A stretch of DNA of 64,000 nt, taken from positions 62,001-126,000 of the forward strand of contig KZ537978.1 in assembly GCA_000934665.2 (NCBI GenBank). Direction: 5' to 3'. Source of the stretch: Catajapyx aquilonaris (lineage: Eukaryota). A program made the translations under genes and the position numbers. This document shows positions 35,801 to 51,300 of this stretch, piece after piece. Numbering within the stretch: position 1 is the first letter of the stretch; every line of letters starts with the position of its first letter. The notes beneath the pieces were generated by a model. The model saw nothing but the letters and a program-made list of their open reading frames with translations. It ran no database searches and had not been told where the DNA came from.

Positions 35801-38800
35801 AAAAGGTGTCGTGTGGCGAACCATTAGGGTCAGGAAAACGTAGTAAAATCTTGTAATGTTGAGACAAACGTGCCTAGAGTGTCAAGTTTGACCTCCTTGG
35901 CAAGATTTTACGGCTCTTAGACTATATATAGTAACCAACGTGGTAATAAATATGAAGAAAGTTGAATTTCAAGTCGGTGGCAATTAGTGTGCTAGATACG
36001 GTTTAAATTAATATGTTAATTAGTGTGCAAACTTGATACGGAAATTAATATAGGCTTTATATGAAGTAGGTTGAGCAAGTGAGATAGGTAATCTGTATGA
36101 CATCTTCCTTGGTACATTAAGATTATTGGTACAAATGATACTGCGTACTAGAAAAATGTGATAGAAAGTGAGAAAATTGCAAATTTGCAGCACTTTGACC
36201 CTAATATCTCAGTTATACACTCCTGGTTTGCAGTTCTCTGCGCATACATGTACTTGACTAATGTTCTTGCGGATTTAATCGAATTATTTTACCATCGTAT
36301 ATTTACACTGCATATTGAAAAAATAGGGATAGTTGACAATATACTGTATATCAAATGCGATATTTGATAGGAGCATGGTTAGTAATACACTGTACATAAA
36401 TTGATCGTATAGTGAGACGTGGGAATTGTGGCAGTGTAGGTGAAGGAGAGGATTGAAGAAGAAAATCCACAGCCCAATAAGTTGGAATGATCGATGCGGC
36501 AAACCTGGCTCTGAGATTTCACTGGGATATTCCCAGTAGCATCAGGTGCTGTTGGGATTGGTCGACTGTATTGACAGGCCGTGACGGACAAGAGTTAGAT
36601 TTTGCTCATGCTCAGTTTGCGGCTGCCTAGCTTGTCCCAGCTGCCATTACAAGCAGGCCTCTGCTACTGACAACCACTCTTTTTTCCCTCATATTTTTAG
36701 GCGTCCACTCGGTTGAAGGTACACTGATAAGCAGTAGAGACAATACGCCGGTCCTTCCGAACCATCCGAGCCTCCAACAAAAATCTGATAAATAAGTCAA
36801 ATATGTGTTCGAAAATAGCGGGCACTGGAGCGTCGTTGAGGGGCATCCATCTGAAAATATTGGGTGATGTCGAGGCTGCTGGCTGTGTCCAGAATCGACT
36901 CCATTTCCTAACTCCCCATCGTACGTAGCAGGGCCAGAGGGGGGCCCTCTAGCGGCTGCTGGGGCAGGCCGTTCTCGCAATGGAACCTCTGATTTCCCCT
37001 GAGACCAACCCCGACCTCTCCTCTTCTCTTTGGGATCCCCTCTTCGCTAATGACAAATCCTTGCCAAAGCCTTGCACCCAGTCTAGGAAGCCAGTCCAAT
37101 CTCACCACCCCAGATACCCACCCCACTAGCACATGGCTGGCTACAAAATACCCCCACCTTTATCCTCACTTTGCTCACTTTTCAATCACTCCGGGTTGGG
37201 TGGGTATCACCAGGGTATTTTACAACCTCCGATGACTCTGAATAGCCCCTTTGTGCCGGCCACAATTTTTGCGCCTGACAAAATGAAATTTTCAAAATCT
37301 GCCCGCAAAATGTGCCTTTCATGAACCTGACCATTAGAGTAGCGGGGACCGACCTCTTTTTGTGCCCTTAACTGCTTCTGGCAGCAGGTATTAATTTTGA
37401 CGAACTTAATTGCTCCGGCATTATTCTCTGCCTTACTCGATTAGTTGCAAGTTTGTTGCGCTGCATAATGTGTGCCGCATTAATCGACGCACAAAAGGCG
37501 CAGAGCTGACTACCGTTATCGCCACTCAGGCCCGGTATAAAGGGGGGAACAATACGAGACGAAAATTCCGGCCAACGAAATGTTTCAGGACACGAAAACT
37601 AAGGCGAGATAATACAGCGGCGTTGCAATCTCCATCATAAACCATTTTAACTCCGCCGCTTCGTGTCTCATGCACCCTACCGACTCAGAGGGCGCTCCCC
37701 CCAAAAAATGGCATCCCATTTTATGGCCCAAACTGGCACTAAGTTTAGGGCGAGTGTCGACACCGATCACGCTAAGCCCAGACCTATAATACCCCCACCC
37801 AACCAGAGCTATCCACCAATCTCGGCGGAAATTATACCACCCCCCCCCTCCCCCCACCCCACACACAAGAGTTGAGGTCAATACACCTGGAAGTGCGTGC
37901 GAGCAGAAATTATTAATCGATCGTTTTTGCCTGTACTATACAGAGCTTTTACAAACGACGCCACGCCTTTGCTAAACGCACACCGACAACGACAGTGAAT
38001 GTGGCAACGCGGTCGCCGTCACCAGGATTATCGGGGTGGCAAAATGATGATGGAGGGTAGGGGGAAGGAGCAAGAGGAGGGGGGACCCGGTGGTGACGAT
38101 TTTGAGAATTCGAAATTAAACCTCGCCCTTGGGAGGGAAGTAATTTCCTGCATCAGCTGGCTCGGATTGCGAGAACCGGGTTCAAAGTGTAACGGTGCCA
38201 ACTACAGGGTTGGACATTTTTTTTTTTTTTTTACTTCAGGCACTTGCAAGGGGAGAGCTAGGTAGTATAAATAGCCCAATTATGACTTTGCCCGATGGAC
38301 AGGTTTAGCACGATTGTAATGTTCATTAACGCCTGGCTTTATGGGGGGTGATGGCGTCATATTATACAGGTCAAGAGGCAAGTTAGTGGGTGATATTTGC
38401 GTTTCAGCCACTTACGTGAGTAATATGGATAGTGGGCTATACTATTCGGGTAATCTCGTTAAGGCGGTGCAATTTCCTTTGCGAGCAAATGCCTTTCTTC
38501 TCCTTGTCGACCGTGTTGAGATTCAGTCACGTGGCCTTCCTTCTGATTGGTTAGAGACCAGATACGGAGAAGGAATTCTCAGTTGGAACGCAATTTTCCA
38601 GTTAAGGCGGTAAAAAGCTGGGTACAATTACCTATATGCAATATAAGGTAACTTATGCTTTATTGAGGTACAGTATATATCCTTTTCAGGACATTTCATT
38701 TTCACTAGAAGGTGCAAAATCGGCAGAAATATACTCTAACGACGCTGTAGCTGCAGGTAGTTCATATTCGGAAATTTTACATATTAATATTGCCATTCGC

Positions 38801-41800
38801 TTCTTGTCGGAAAATAGCTCCGTCTCAAAACGAAACAAAGGATCTGTTATCCTAGGTGAAAAGCACATTTATTGTAAAATTGCACAAAAATATTTGATAT
38901 GACGCAACAAGTGCACGATAAATAACAGTCGATTTTAAATTGCCTTACAATCGGTTTTATGAAGCGCATCTGAGGTGAAAGTGTCCCTTTACTGTGCTCT
39001 ATAAAAACCATCCCTTCGAATGTGACAGACCTTTATACTGTACAAACCCACCTTAAAGCGTTGCTTAACTCCCCTTCTCCATTACCCCATATAGGATATA
39101 ACACACCCCATATAATATGATTAAACCTACATTCGCCATACAACCCTGACCGAAAATGTAACTTTACACACCGGCCCTATATGGAAAACGCACCTCTGCA
39201 GTATTTCTGCAGGGTTTTTTTTTTTAGCTCTCTCACAACCATGTTGAAGCTGAGCAAGGTAAAAGGGTGGCGGTGGAAAAGGATGCTATTACACGCAGAG
39301 GTTGGAGGCAAAAAGGGCTGAAAATGTGCCATCGTATATCAAAACAACGGTTCTCCATTATCGGTATTTTGGGGGGTGGTACAGTACAGTGCACCTTTAC
39401 TGGTTGGCCGACTAGTATACTATGGACGAGCGTCGTTTCAAAGGGGGGAGGGTTTCAACGCAGGAACACGATTGAAGGGCCAAGCATCGAGTAACGAGTT
39501 AACACGAAGAAAACGAGCCCATTAGCCCAAATGAAACACAATGATTAGGTGTTTGGCAGTGGCGAGTAAAATGGCAGTGAAGGTTAATTGGCGTGGCCGC
39601 TAATGGGCTGGAAGATAGGGTGTTGGTTGGATGGTGAGTTACTGGGCGAGGGGGGGTACAGTTGGGGTCATTCAGGCCACATGGACATGGGGCAATTTGG
39701 AAGACCATGTCTCCGCGAGCCGCGACCCATCAGCTTTGTCACTCGACGATGTTTCGCTTGTCAGCTTCAGATGGATGGAATGAGCACTCGGTGTACCAGA
39801 TCATCCTATGCCAGGCCCCGTTGCCTCACGTCAAGTCATTTCAATACGCTGAAAAGCACCTTGCCCAAGGACACAGCCAGCAGCCAGAAATCATCACGAG
39901 GTTGCATGTACAGAGCGCTCAACACCAACCGGAAAATGTTTAGACCGCAACGCATCATGAATTTAATTAAAAACATGTGTAATTAGTGCCTACACTGTAA
40001 TAGCAGTAACCCGACCCAAAACCAGCAATCCTCTTTGCCGCTCGCTGGGAACACCGTTGTACATCCTTGCCCCTATGCATTTCGGCCAACACAACACCGC
40101 CACATTGCCTACAGGCTAGGATATACAACCCTCTACATAACATGCATTTGAAAGCTTAATTGTGCCCCAAGTCAAGCCCATGTTGCAACTTGCATAAGTA
40201 TAGTGCATGCATGGCACAAATGCTAATGAAATTCTATGTGCATTAGTACCTCTTAAGAGGAACCTTCCTTAATAATGTATGGGGCATGTGGCACTGGCCA
40301 GACGGATAAAGTATTATCACTCGGACCATGGGTCCAGGCCTAAATAATGAACGCCCCCAAAATTCCCGACAGACAATGCAGGTTCCATTACATTATACAT
40401 CAGTTAGAAGTGTAGGCTCATGACTTGGAACCATTAAGACGATAAAGTAGCCTTCATTAATATTGGGTAAGCTGGGAAAAAGCAACATCTTGGTGCACCC
40501 CCCCATCTCCCGAATCCAGCCAGTTAGTGCTGTTATCTTGGGCACTCGGGCATCCTTCTCCTTCCCGGTACCACATCTTTCCAAAGAACATCAAGACATC
40601 CAAACGGGCCTCGACGCATTTTTAGCTTCCAAGTGTGCCAGTCTAGAACTATAAAATATTCATCCGGCACTAAGCCTCCTTCACGACCCTTCCGATAACA
40701 CGATCCGGAGGGGGAAAAAAAGGTGCTGCCTATGCGAAGATGGTTACTTAAGGCACTGACTTGATTGGGATTCTGCACAGAATATGGGGAGAAAAAGAAG
40801 AAAAAAAAAGAACTTTGAGGGTCCCAGGATCGATTTGTCAAACGTTGGGAGGCTGTAATGCGCACGTGAGGACATGGCAGATAATTTTGGGAGTTTCGCA
40901 CACAGGCGCCCTCTGGAAAATAAATCGGTGGGAGAATAATTGCGGACCTCACGTAGACTGGGCCCCGTACACATTAACGCCCATGAGTTATCCGGGTGTC
41001 ATCTGATGCCAGGAGCTTTTAAGTGGGTCGTTTCCCAGCGTCAAATCGCGGGCCCCAAAACTGGCCTTCATACACATGCCGGATTTATCGCGCGTAAATT
41101 AGTCAAGGTTATGAAGTCCGGGAACGGGGAAAAAAAGGTTACTACTCTCGGACGCCCCTTGTAAATACCAATCATTTGTGCCGTTTTATGTCTCGAGGGC
41201 AAATATAGCTGTTGATTCTAACAAATATTTGCCGAATTTGAATATTTTCTGTACGTCTAGCTTGCGGTTCGGATACCAGGAGTTTGATTTTAAAATGGGC
41301 CCATAGATGCATACTGCGGCTTTTCCAGCAGCCTATTGCAATTTTAAAAAGTATAAATGGTTTTGGATATTGCGAGCATATAGGAGAAATCCACAAATTC
41401 CAAAAACGCAGTTTTGAGATAATAGAAGACAAACAGTTGACATTTCACTTGCTTACATGCTAGTAAATGCAGAAAATCCTGGCTTTCTGACTCATTGTGC
41501 ATATTCAGGACTAAATGGACTTCACCAAGTTATAGCAATGCTACATAGTGGTCAAAACCCGCCAAAATTTGACTGTAGATTTCTCAATATCCACAAAGGC
41601 GTGTAACAAACATTGGACACCAGGAGGTACAGTACATTTCGCGAAATATTTCATGTCATTTCATGGTTTAACTCAAATAACACATTTTATACTAAAAATA
41701 AAGCGCACCAGAGTTGGTTTAGGTAAAATTGGTGCCAAACTTTGCGAGCACGTTATAGGCTAACCAGACTTTCTGAGCACGATGTAATCAAAAATGCCGC

Positions 41801-41949
41801 TTCTGGGCGTCCAACGCAATACAAGAGGGAAGTCAACTTGGGTTAAAAGTGGCAACAATCGGAAGAGGGGCCCTACGGAGCCGTTTCTGTTGAATAAGTG
41901 ATCAAACTGGAAGGCACAAAAAAAGAAGAAAGTGTATAGCAAGGCACAC

Positions 41950-42110
41950 TACCGTACCTTGAAGAAATGGGAGTCCTTTGATGGTAGCAGGCCTGTGATG
42001 AGTGAGGCTGCCTACGCACGAGGGGAAGAAGCCATCGTCGAGGACCTAGACAAACAGAAAATAGAGGGTCTTGAGAAGCGGTGCTATCAAGTGATTGCAG
42101 AGGGAGGGAG
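41950..42110 (+). mobile_element. Degenerate mariner transposase C-terminal fragment
   Basis: LKKW...EDLDKQKIEGLEKRCYQVIAEGG resembles the mariner C-terminus (LKKWL...GIEKLEKRWxKCIxxxG). Confidence 0.4.
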
Positions 42111-45100
42111 GGAGTCGTCGGATTGTGGAACCTCCCATCTCTTGTAAAATCTAGTGGAAGCTTCCAAGTGTAGCTATTTTACAGCTTTTACTGGAATTGA
42201 ACGGGAAGGGAGGAGGTTAAAATGGCTGCCATGGCTGCCAGATGGACTGACATGGCTCCTGTCTTCTTAGGTTCGGCTTGCACGCCGTTCCACTCCAAAT
42301 CATTTCCTATTCATTGCGCCCCAGGTCGACGAGGAGATTTGGGTAAGGAGGGAGGGATGCAAGGGTATAGTGAGTAAGGGGGGGGGGGAAGGAGGGGGTG
42401 GGGGAATTGATTTCATCCTGGGGAGCTTGTCCCTAATTGTTCAACTTCATACGCCGTTTCGCTCTATTGATCCCACTTGTCAGGGACTAGCCTGGGGTAG
42501 CCTTTCCACTTATATCCGTTGAATATGACTTTGCCGGTATAACCTGGAGGGAATTTATGCAGGGAGGCAAATTTCCAGGGATTCAGACCCCCAAAAAGCA
42601 GGGGGATGCTGGTATGAAAATTGACCAATTAGGGTGCGCACAACATGGCCAAATGTCTCTCATCAGGTGGCCCTTTTCTCTCTCTGCCTTGCAATCGGGG
42701 GACAGCGGAATTAACTGCACATCTGAGCCGTCTCAACAGGCATTTTCGAGTGCGTGATTAATAATAGTACTTTAATGAGGGCTCCCGGGAGCAAGTTTAT
42801 GGCGGAGGAAGAGGAAAATGAAGCACAGGGGAGGTTGGGAGGAATAGGGAGGGGCACGTCCTTTGGGCCCTTTTTGCGACAGTACTTCATGTCCCGTGAC
42901 TGCATTCTCACAGCGTTTGACAGCGACATGACAAGTGACGGCTAATGCATGTCAATGGACGGACCCTCCAGCTTCTACACCCATTCCCACCCTGCACCCT
43001 ATCCGCTACGTTTTATGAATGCGCCACGGGCTCTTTTGCACCATTTACGAAACCCTTTCCATCCCATCAAATTGGGCGCAGACGGACGTGCTTGATAATA
43101 AAAAATTTGGTGAAACGAGGTACATCACAATGCATGACGTAGACGCGGTTCATAAAGTGTCATTCTTGGCAAACAGTCTTTGGTCGAACTTGGAATTACC
43201 AGTGATTCACCTAATATTCACCACCGACTTGGCTCTATTCATCAAGATTTCATGCGATTCAGTGCTCAGCTTGAGTGTAACCCCCCATCGATTTCAGGTT
43301 TGTGAGCACCCTATGCCTTGCCATGGGCGTGCACCGCAGTAATTGACGGGCATGTCGGTACCTGCAAAGGCGTGGACCTACCCCCTCCCCGCCCCAAGAT
43401 TTGGCGAAAGAGGTCAGTCAAGCGTAGTCAACTCGGTCGGTTGGTTATAGGGTACCAGAGTTTCGGGGCTCATCCAGCATCAAATCTCTCTCACCTACCC
43501 CAAAATCTCTCTGTACCTCCCATGGCCTCGTCATGCAGCGCACTAACTTGATTAGGCCAAATTAACTCGAACGAATCGAGGTGGCGTTGAAGCGTGCCCA
43601 ATGCACCATGCCAGCACGACACAAAAAAAAGAGAACTCGAGGACAAAAAAATGCCATCTATGTACCACATCCAAGTCCCCCTCCTGATCAAATGCATGGT
43701 TGGACCGCACTCGGAGTCTCCTGGGGTTCGGACCCAACTTTGCACTGCCAACTCCATACAAACTCGAGTCAATACCGCTTGTTAGGAGAAGGTGTCTGAA
43801 AATTTTTGGCGTTATCAAAACTCCGCGTTACATATTCATGATGGCTAGAATTCAAAAAAAAAAGTGGAAAATAAACACAAATTTAGGATTCCAATTTGCT
43901 TATATCGGATAGTCGGGCTGCTGAGTGGTATTATGTCCATACCGATGTGCTGAGCTTGACAAAAGGAAGGGGGGGAAATTCTCTTTCCGTTTTTATTATA
44001 AGGGAAAAGGAATATTATGGGGATAGGTTGAGTTCGCTATCGTAGGAAGTAAGGCTTGCCTCAGCAAACCTAATCACAGGCAATTCTTTCGTGGAGTGGG
44101 CCTCCTGCCACCAGAGTTGAAGGAATCTCAAATGGAGATGAATGCTTTTCAGGGGGGGGNGGGGGGGGGGGGGGGGGGGGGGGGGGGGAGGTTGGTGGGC
44201 TCCTCTTTTTGTGCTCGGAAACCTGATGAGATGAAGCTAGAATTTTCCTCACGTGCTGCGGAGTAGTCTCGGCACCCTCAGGACCACCGAGGTCAATACT
44301 ATACATTTTCCCTTTTCGCTTAGAAAGGAAATCGGAACTGACGTGTTGAAAACTGAATATCAGCACACCAATTATTTCAACCTATTTTAATCTTGCCCTC
44401 AATAATTTGCTTCAAACAATTATTCAAAGCTTGGTTACAGCAATATGTGGTTGACCCTTGATTCACACTGAATGTCACATGCTGTACATTTAGCCAGAAG
44501 ATGACTTCCTGAAATGAATTACCTATATTATCCACAACATTGGCTGCAAGGTATCGCAGCATGCATGCATTATAAAATCCGTTATCATTCCCGATAGCAC
44601 CAATACTGCCGGCTCCCACTCTGCACACACAATCCTCCCCCTTTTTTAACCCTTCCCTCCAACAGTCATATTAGGTATCACTAGTATTCCGTACGCTGTA
44701 GCACTTGGAAATAATTGCATGCACCCTCACAGAACAGGCATCGAATGGCCATATTAATTCCAGTTATACGCATTAAAGGTACGTGGTGGGTCCCGGGTGG
44801 AAAAAATAAAAAAGTTCGACATTTGTTTCCTCCATTGAGGGGAGGCTAATGGGGCTCCAAACTGCAATGGGAGACTCCCAACCGACCCTTAACTTTTAAT
44901 GCAACTGACTCATCATTAGCCTTCTGTCTCACTCCATAAAGTCCTATAAAATGGTTGCGGCCAGTGCACAAGATGTATCATGGGGATGAACCTTGACCTT
45001 TGCAGCTACATGTCCTGCTGGCAAATTATTCAGTCGTTTGGGGTGGGGGGGGGGTGCAATTTTAAAGAAGTGCATTATAGGGAAGAGCATGAAGGCTTGC

Positions 45101-48100
45101 AATAGGGTGAAAACTGTTTAATTCTAGCCATTATAAGTAACAGCACGCGCACATAGGCGTCAAGCAACGGTATATTTTGATTGGACAATCACAATCAATT
45201 ATGTCCGTTCCCGGATCAAGATTGTTCACATAATTGCAACATTACGCGCGTCATTACCAACACCGGCTGTTTTAAATCGAGGGACGAAAAAGCCCCGACT
45301 GTAATGCAAATGCAATGTGTGACAGTGTGACTCATTAAATTGCAAGCTCGTTAACCGTATTTTATAGCTCGCGCCAAGGCTCCCATTATGTGGACACCAC
45401 ATGTCTTGATACGTTGCCATAATAGGGGTCAGCGCACTGGAATGCAAGTGACACTCTCATGAAGCACCCTATTTGCTGCTTGTGGCTGTAAATAACGGTA
45501 GGCCTAACCGTTTACACACCCATGCGACTCATTTGTGGCTACAAAGCGACATCCAGTAACACACGTGTCGGTTAATCTTCGCGGGGCTTGCAAGTCGTGT
45601 ATTTTGTCCGGAAAGCTGTAATGCATGCTGGGAAATGGGAAGAGAGAAATTGTAAGTTATTTGCAAACTTTCATTGGGAACTATAGTCCCTCACACGATT
45701 TAATTGGATTTTTTAAAAACAATTGTTACGCCTTATTATAACATTGGGTGGTCTCCACTGCGTGCTCATAAAATAATTTTGCAAATCAAAGTTATGCAAA
45801 GTTACTTATTTTAACATGTACAGTGTATGGATTACGCACCCACTAGATGAACTGGATTCATAATTAATCAGATGCAATTTAAAATTTTGCCTCATTATAC
45901 TGAGGTAGCAGTGGAGAGATTAGCATCCACCAACCAACGTCAAGAAAACCGCCAGGGCCAATAAACCCGTGCGATAACTCCTCCAAAGATAAACTACTCC
46001 CAACGCACACATTTCAAGAACCCTGAAATAGAATCCACCAATTACATTTCAACAGTTTCACATGTACAAGATGATTTATAGGATATCTTCCGCCATCGTC
46101 ACCGTCAGATGTCCCAGATAAGACTCTGGTTTGACTTGTCAACACATGAGACAAGTGAATTTGGGGTGGTACTGCACTTCCAAAGACACACGTGATCGCA
46201 TGGCGATAAAGCTATTCGGTCGAAATGAACTCACCCGATCCCTCCCTCCCTTCCCCCAGAGTCCCTCACCGGTGGAGCCAGTCAGCAATGACTAAATATT
46301 GAGCACGCCAGAGTCCACGACACGCTAGTTTGGGTTTGATCAATGGTTTTGGAGCACGTTGACGAACCAGGCGTACAATTGAATCGAGGGGGGGCAGTTT
46401 CCCACTGCTTAGCATAATGGCGCCTTAGCATGGCGCACACGTTTCTCTGGCAAGCAGCGCGTGCGCACACACTTCCCCAGCCTCCATTTCCCCAAGTCCC
46501 CATTTTGGGGAATTGGGAGGCCGGATTTTGCTATTCTGACTCCCCTCTTCTCTTTTTTAACCCAGGACCTCAATCCGACTCCGATCAGTCGAGTATGGCT
46601 CCAATGGGTTTTGTCCACCAAACCGCTATACTGATGGACTTGGGGAGTTTTATTTTAAGAAACTATTCCTTTGTCCGTTCGATGTCCTGCAAGACGGATC
46701 TTCTTCGGATCCCTATGCGGAGAACTTGTCTGAGATTAATGCAGATGGTGAGTACACCCCCAGGAGATCGATATCATATCCTGAGATATACCTCCCCCCC
46801 CCCCACCTCCCCTGCCTATTTCAACTCGCACGTAAAATCTGGCTTAGCTTTTTGGAAAGGAACGATGCTCTTCGTCAGTTTATACATTTCACGCAGATTG
46901 TAAACACGATGAGTACGAAATTGAAAAACTGGGAGTGATTGATCAGGTCGATTTGTAACTCAGGAGAGCGCCTAATGAGACTGTCAGAAAAATAAATGCC
47001 AAGTTATTCGCATAGGATACGGTAAATCAAACTGGCATATCAGGAAATTACATGGGAAGCTCTTCAGAACTTCCTGGGGGTCATGTGACTAATTTGAGTG
47101 AGTCCCACTTTACGATACGTACATCTTTGCGTTTACTGGCGGTAAACATGTCGTAATTACGCCCACAAAAATAGTTCATTACTTAGAGACACTGGGGATG
47201 GGTTGGGCGGCGACTATGATGATGTTTCATTAGGAGAATGTCAGTAGCTTTTGCAGGAGAACTGAGCTTCAAAAATGGGGCAATGCATAACATCTGCAGG
47301 AGACGGTGTAGTTAGACTCTTCCACACTTGGCCGTAACACCTTTCATTGTAGGAATCAATTCTGGCCCAACTAGTGCTTTCCGTTCCATCCACCCTTTTT
47401 TCCTACAAAAAGTTGGCAAAACTGATTTATGTCGACTGCAGGGAAGCCAACAGGCANCCCCAAATCACTTTGGTCTATTGAGAATGCATTAGGTAATGCA
47501 GGCAAAGTGTAAAAAATGGGATGAAGCCTGCGTAAACTCAGTTATCTTCCTGCGCTGAAAAACAACCTAAAGGTTTAATTAAATACCTCAGCCTGGTTGG
47601 AGGAAAACTCGTTTCTAACACTCAAAAAAAATCCTTTGCGAAGATCAAAATCCCGGGGTGATAAATAACCCCTTATCGACGGACGGGAAATAAATTTTAG
47701 AGCCGCTGATGGTTTTTCTAGCAGAAACAGCTGACATAATCAGTCGATTGCGCCGCAGCTCCTGCATATATATAACCTACACTCTATATCATAAAAAATA
47801 GTCCTCCCGCCCGACCTACTATAGCTTTTTCCTGCACATCAATCATGGCTACGGCGGATTGTAGTCGAAAAAAAATATTCTACCGGGACTAGTCCGTGTA
47901 GGCTTATGTGAAACGAGAGCTGCACACACTAAATGGAAAGGGAAGCCTCCCCAAAGCAGATTGGGAGACTAGGGAAAAGACGCTTATCTCCTCCCTATAG
48001 CTCCAACGTAGCACGCTTCAATAGGGAGACTTGATGTCGATTCCTTAAGAAGTGGTAGCCTTAATGCAGCAGTTGTGAAGCCTTACACAAGCCTTCTCCT

Positions 48101-48307
48101 TATGGTTCAGCCTACTAGAAGCAATACTGACATTCATATTTAAGTATGCACATACTGTTCAAATCAAGCAGCCCAAGCACAGCAGCCCCATTGGTTTTGT
48201 TTTGAGAAACAGCAAACTATGAAACGATTCACCTATTAGAAAGAGATCGCGGCAGGTCACATCCCCGAATATACCATGGTTTGCCTCAACATGCCGCACG
48301 GTTTGTT

Positions 48308-48393
48308 CAAACTTGCCGGATCGTGCCCAAACCAGCCGAATCTTGCCCAAACCTGTCGTATCCTGCCCAAACCTGCCGCATCCTGCCAAAACC
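48308..48393. repeat. 20-bp tandem repeat (10-bp subperiod), ~4 copies
   Basis: Unit approximately TCCTGCCCAAACCTGCCGCA. Confidence 0.85.
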
Positions 48394-51300
48394 GCACTCT
48401 GAAGCAGAAAAACCTACGAACTGGCTTCCCTCCATATAATATTAAGAAATCAGCCCCAGGTTATAAATTCGTCACATCTCCGGCTCCCATTTTGGTCCTT
48501 TCCTAATGCTGAGGCTCTGCCGAGAGCGCAGGAAAAACACCGGAATTTGTCTTCATTTACCTCCGTGTCACTTTCTCCCCTCGGAGATATAGATCTGAGG
48601 CTATTTTCTCTTTCAGTTACCCCCCAGTACTTAAGCGCACATACACCAGGGGTGTCCACAGGTTGCATAAAAGTCTCAATTAGAAATAGTAACCCAGCCA
48701 TGCATCAGGCCAGTTGGGGACTTGGAAGGGTAAAAGATGTGTTTGGGCAGCAGGGGTGATAAAAGGGGACAGGAGGCACATCTCTTTTTCTGGGAGCCCC
48801 CCCCCCAGTCGAGAGAAGATGGACTTCGGGATCCCAGCTCGTTCCTTTTACCACAGGCGCCTCCCACAGCTTGCCCAAAATAACCCCCACTCGCATTTTT
48901 CTTTCTCCCACTTTTCTCCCTTTTTTCGGACTTTTCCCTTCCCGTATAAAAAAGAAATGGCCGGCGGTTTGGTAGTGGCCTGCAGGTGCATTGCGCTTCT
49001 TCATCAGTTGGAATTGGTGGCCGTTTCTTTCAGACGTGGCTTCCATTGTGCCCCATGCGGTACAATTCAGAGACTCGATTTTTGGAAGGGGCCTCAACCC
49101 ACAAGATTGGGCCGATATATATTTTTCCTCCCCCACCTTTTTTTCCCCCCCATGGGGGATGATGAAAGCTTTTGTTACGTGATCAGCATGCAATTAATAA
49201 TCGAGCTCTTTGCAAAGCTGATCGTGCCGATGAAGTTGGCCTTTTTAAATTGATGGTGAATCAACACAATCATTATATTAAAAGCGGTTTTATATTGGGC
49301 ACTTCATGCAATTTCAAACGGTATTAATGAAAAAAAGTGGCTGCATACGTGATTAATTACTGCCACACTAGTACAGTGCGGTACACCATTCATTACACTG
49401 TGTGCAATACATTTTTCAATAATTTCATTTTAATTACGAGCTTATCTGCAAGTAATTGCGCTAATAAGAGTGTAATTGACGACAGCCCGGAATTTTGACA
49501 AGAAGCTGCTGCCCGTTTTTGTTGTTTTTTTGACCGATCATAGTTGGTGCCTCCCAGGGGGTTTTCATGGCTCATTTTATGCGTGATGTAACGTTGCAAT
49601 TATCCTGCACCCCTCTAGCCAAATGGTAGGGGTGTGACACTCGATAAACGCGATAGGTTATGTTGGGCTCGTAGCTAGGAGTGTCTTCGGGTGCGCTCGT
49701 AAAAATACTTCTGTACTAACAAGGGAGAGACTGGCTTTTATTGAATCCGACTACTTGGCTTTCATTAAAGTTCCTGATCTCTTTTCCTCCTTGAATGGAG
49801 TCGCAGACGCCATTTGACCTCCCCAACACGCATTTGCAGCATACTTTCCTCTGTCCATGGTAACTTTGTTGGCATGGAAATCGCTTCTCTCGTCCCCCTC
49901 TCTTTTTTTGTCGCACTAAAAGTATTTAACTATTGAAAATCACGCCCTTTCATGTGCATGGCGAGTGTGAGCTGTTTGGCAGTGGGGACTGCCGGATCAA
50001 AGGTGACTAATAAAATGTGCTCCGGGTACTATCGGGGCAATCTTGCATAGCTGTATACTAGATCGAAAAGAATTCGGTGATGAAAATACCCAATCGGTGG
50101 GTTTCCAAATGGTCCGCACGATTGCCTGCACTTTTTTTTGCAAATCAATCAAATTCCCCTTTTCCGTAGATTTTGGGATCGGTTTGCATACGGTCACGGA
50201 ACACAGACTGTACTCCAACTATACCCTGATCTTGTTAAAAGCTCACAACTATCAAGGGAATTCATCCGAAGAAAAACTTTTCCAAATTTCTGCCATATTT
50301 ACACACGTTCAGCCAATTATCTTCCAGCATATTGTACATTCTGAAAGAAATACAGGAAAATTCAAAATTCCTTTAACGGATGTTCGGCATTTTTACAACG
50401 TCACTTCCTGCAAATTGAACTTCAAAAAAGGAGTGTACCGGTACTAAATTCAACGTGATGGTCACACTAGAGGAAACTGCATTGGTGCCGTTCCCTGGAG
50501 AGCCCCCTCGACAACCATTCTCTCCAAATGTCAGGCAAAGTGTCGCCGTGACCTTCGACCCGTGTCCCATTCTTCCACGTCCCGGATTGAAAGGGTCCCT
50601 CGTAATGGGCGAAGCTTCCGATTGGTGGTCGATCAGTCTGCGGCGAAGGCTATAGAGAGCAGCAGTCAGCTCTTGGACCAGAGACGCGTCCATTTAACGG
50701 CGGGGAATGTACGTCGCTCCCGTTGACTCATGGCGTCGACATGGCCAATGCGACGTCGACTAGAGTTGCGCCGAAGGAGGCCATATTTCAACAGGCCACG
50801 GGAACAATGTGGCCTCCCCTAGTCTTTTAGGTTCGACAGCCAAGTTGGCTGCGGGAGAGAATCAACCGCCTGGAGGGCTTCAACTTCACGGATATTGCAT
50901 TATGGCTGTATAGCCAGAACGGTTAGAAACGAGCTCAATTAATTAGCGAATCAAATATCATATCGGGAGAACTGTAATTATCATTGATCCATTCGATTGT
51001 TTGGCCCCCATAAGTAAAAGCTCGACCTGTGGATTCAGGTTGGAAACTATCGACGTTATAAGAATTCCGTGACATGTTTCTTGATAACGAACATTTCTAA
51101 TACTGTTGAGACGAGTGTCAATCTGTGTATACGATTGATATGGATGATGTAAACTGCGTGAATGCCGCCGCATAACAATTAACCCGTCCATTGGGTCCCC
51201 CCCCCCCCTCATCATAATGGCCGACATGCACCTTACCAACGACCCTCCTTTCTGTCAAGTTGGATGAAAAAAATATGTATTCCGAACCTCGTGTTCAGAT

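Noticed and set aside
36627..37132. Merlin/ISXO2-like words (YLSDFCWR, GWVSGVVR)
   Set aside because: Intervening catalytic motifs and TIRs not found; likely chance
44152..44190. Long poly-G tract as a G-quadruplex element
   Set aside because: Homopolymer containing an N; length unreliable, and such tracts are common in this window
46430..49253. Long ORFs of 157-179 aa
   Set aside because: Low-complexity Phe/Pro-rich translations without domain or splice support
50373..50693. 106-aa minus ORF MDASLVQELTAALYSL...
   Set aside because: No recognisable domain and no supported splice link to the membrane-protein exons
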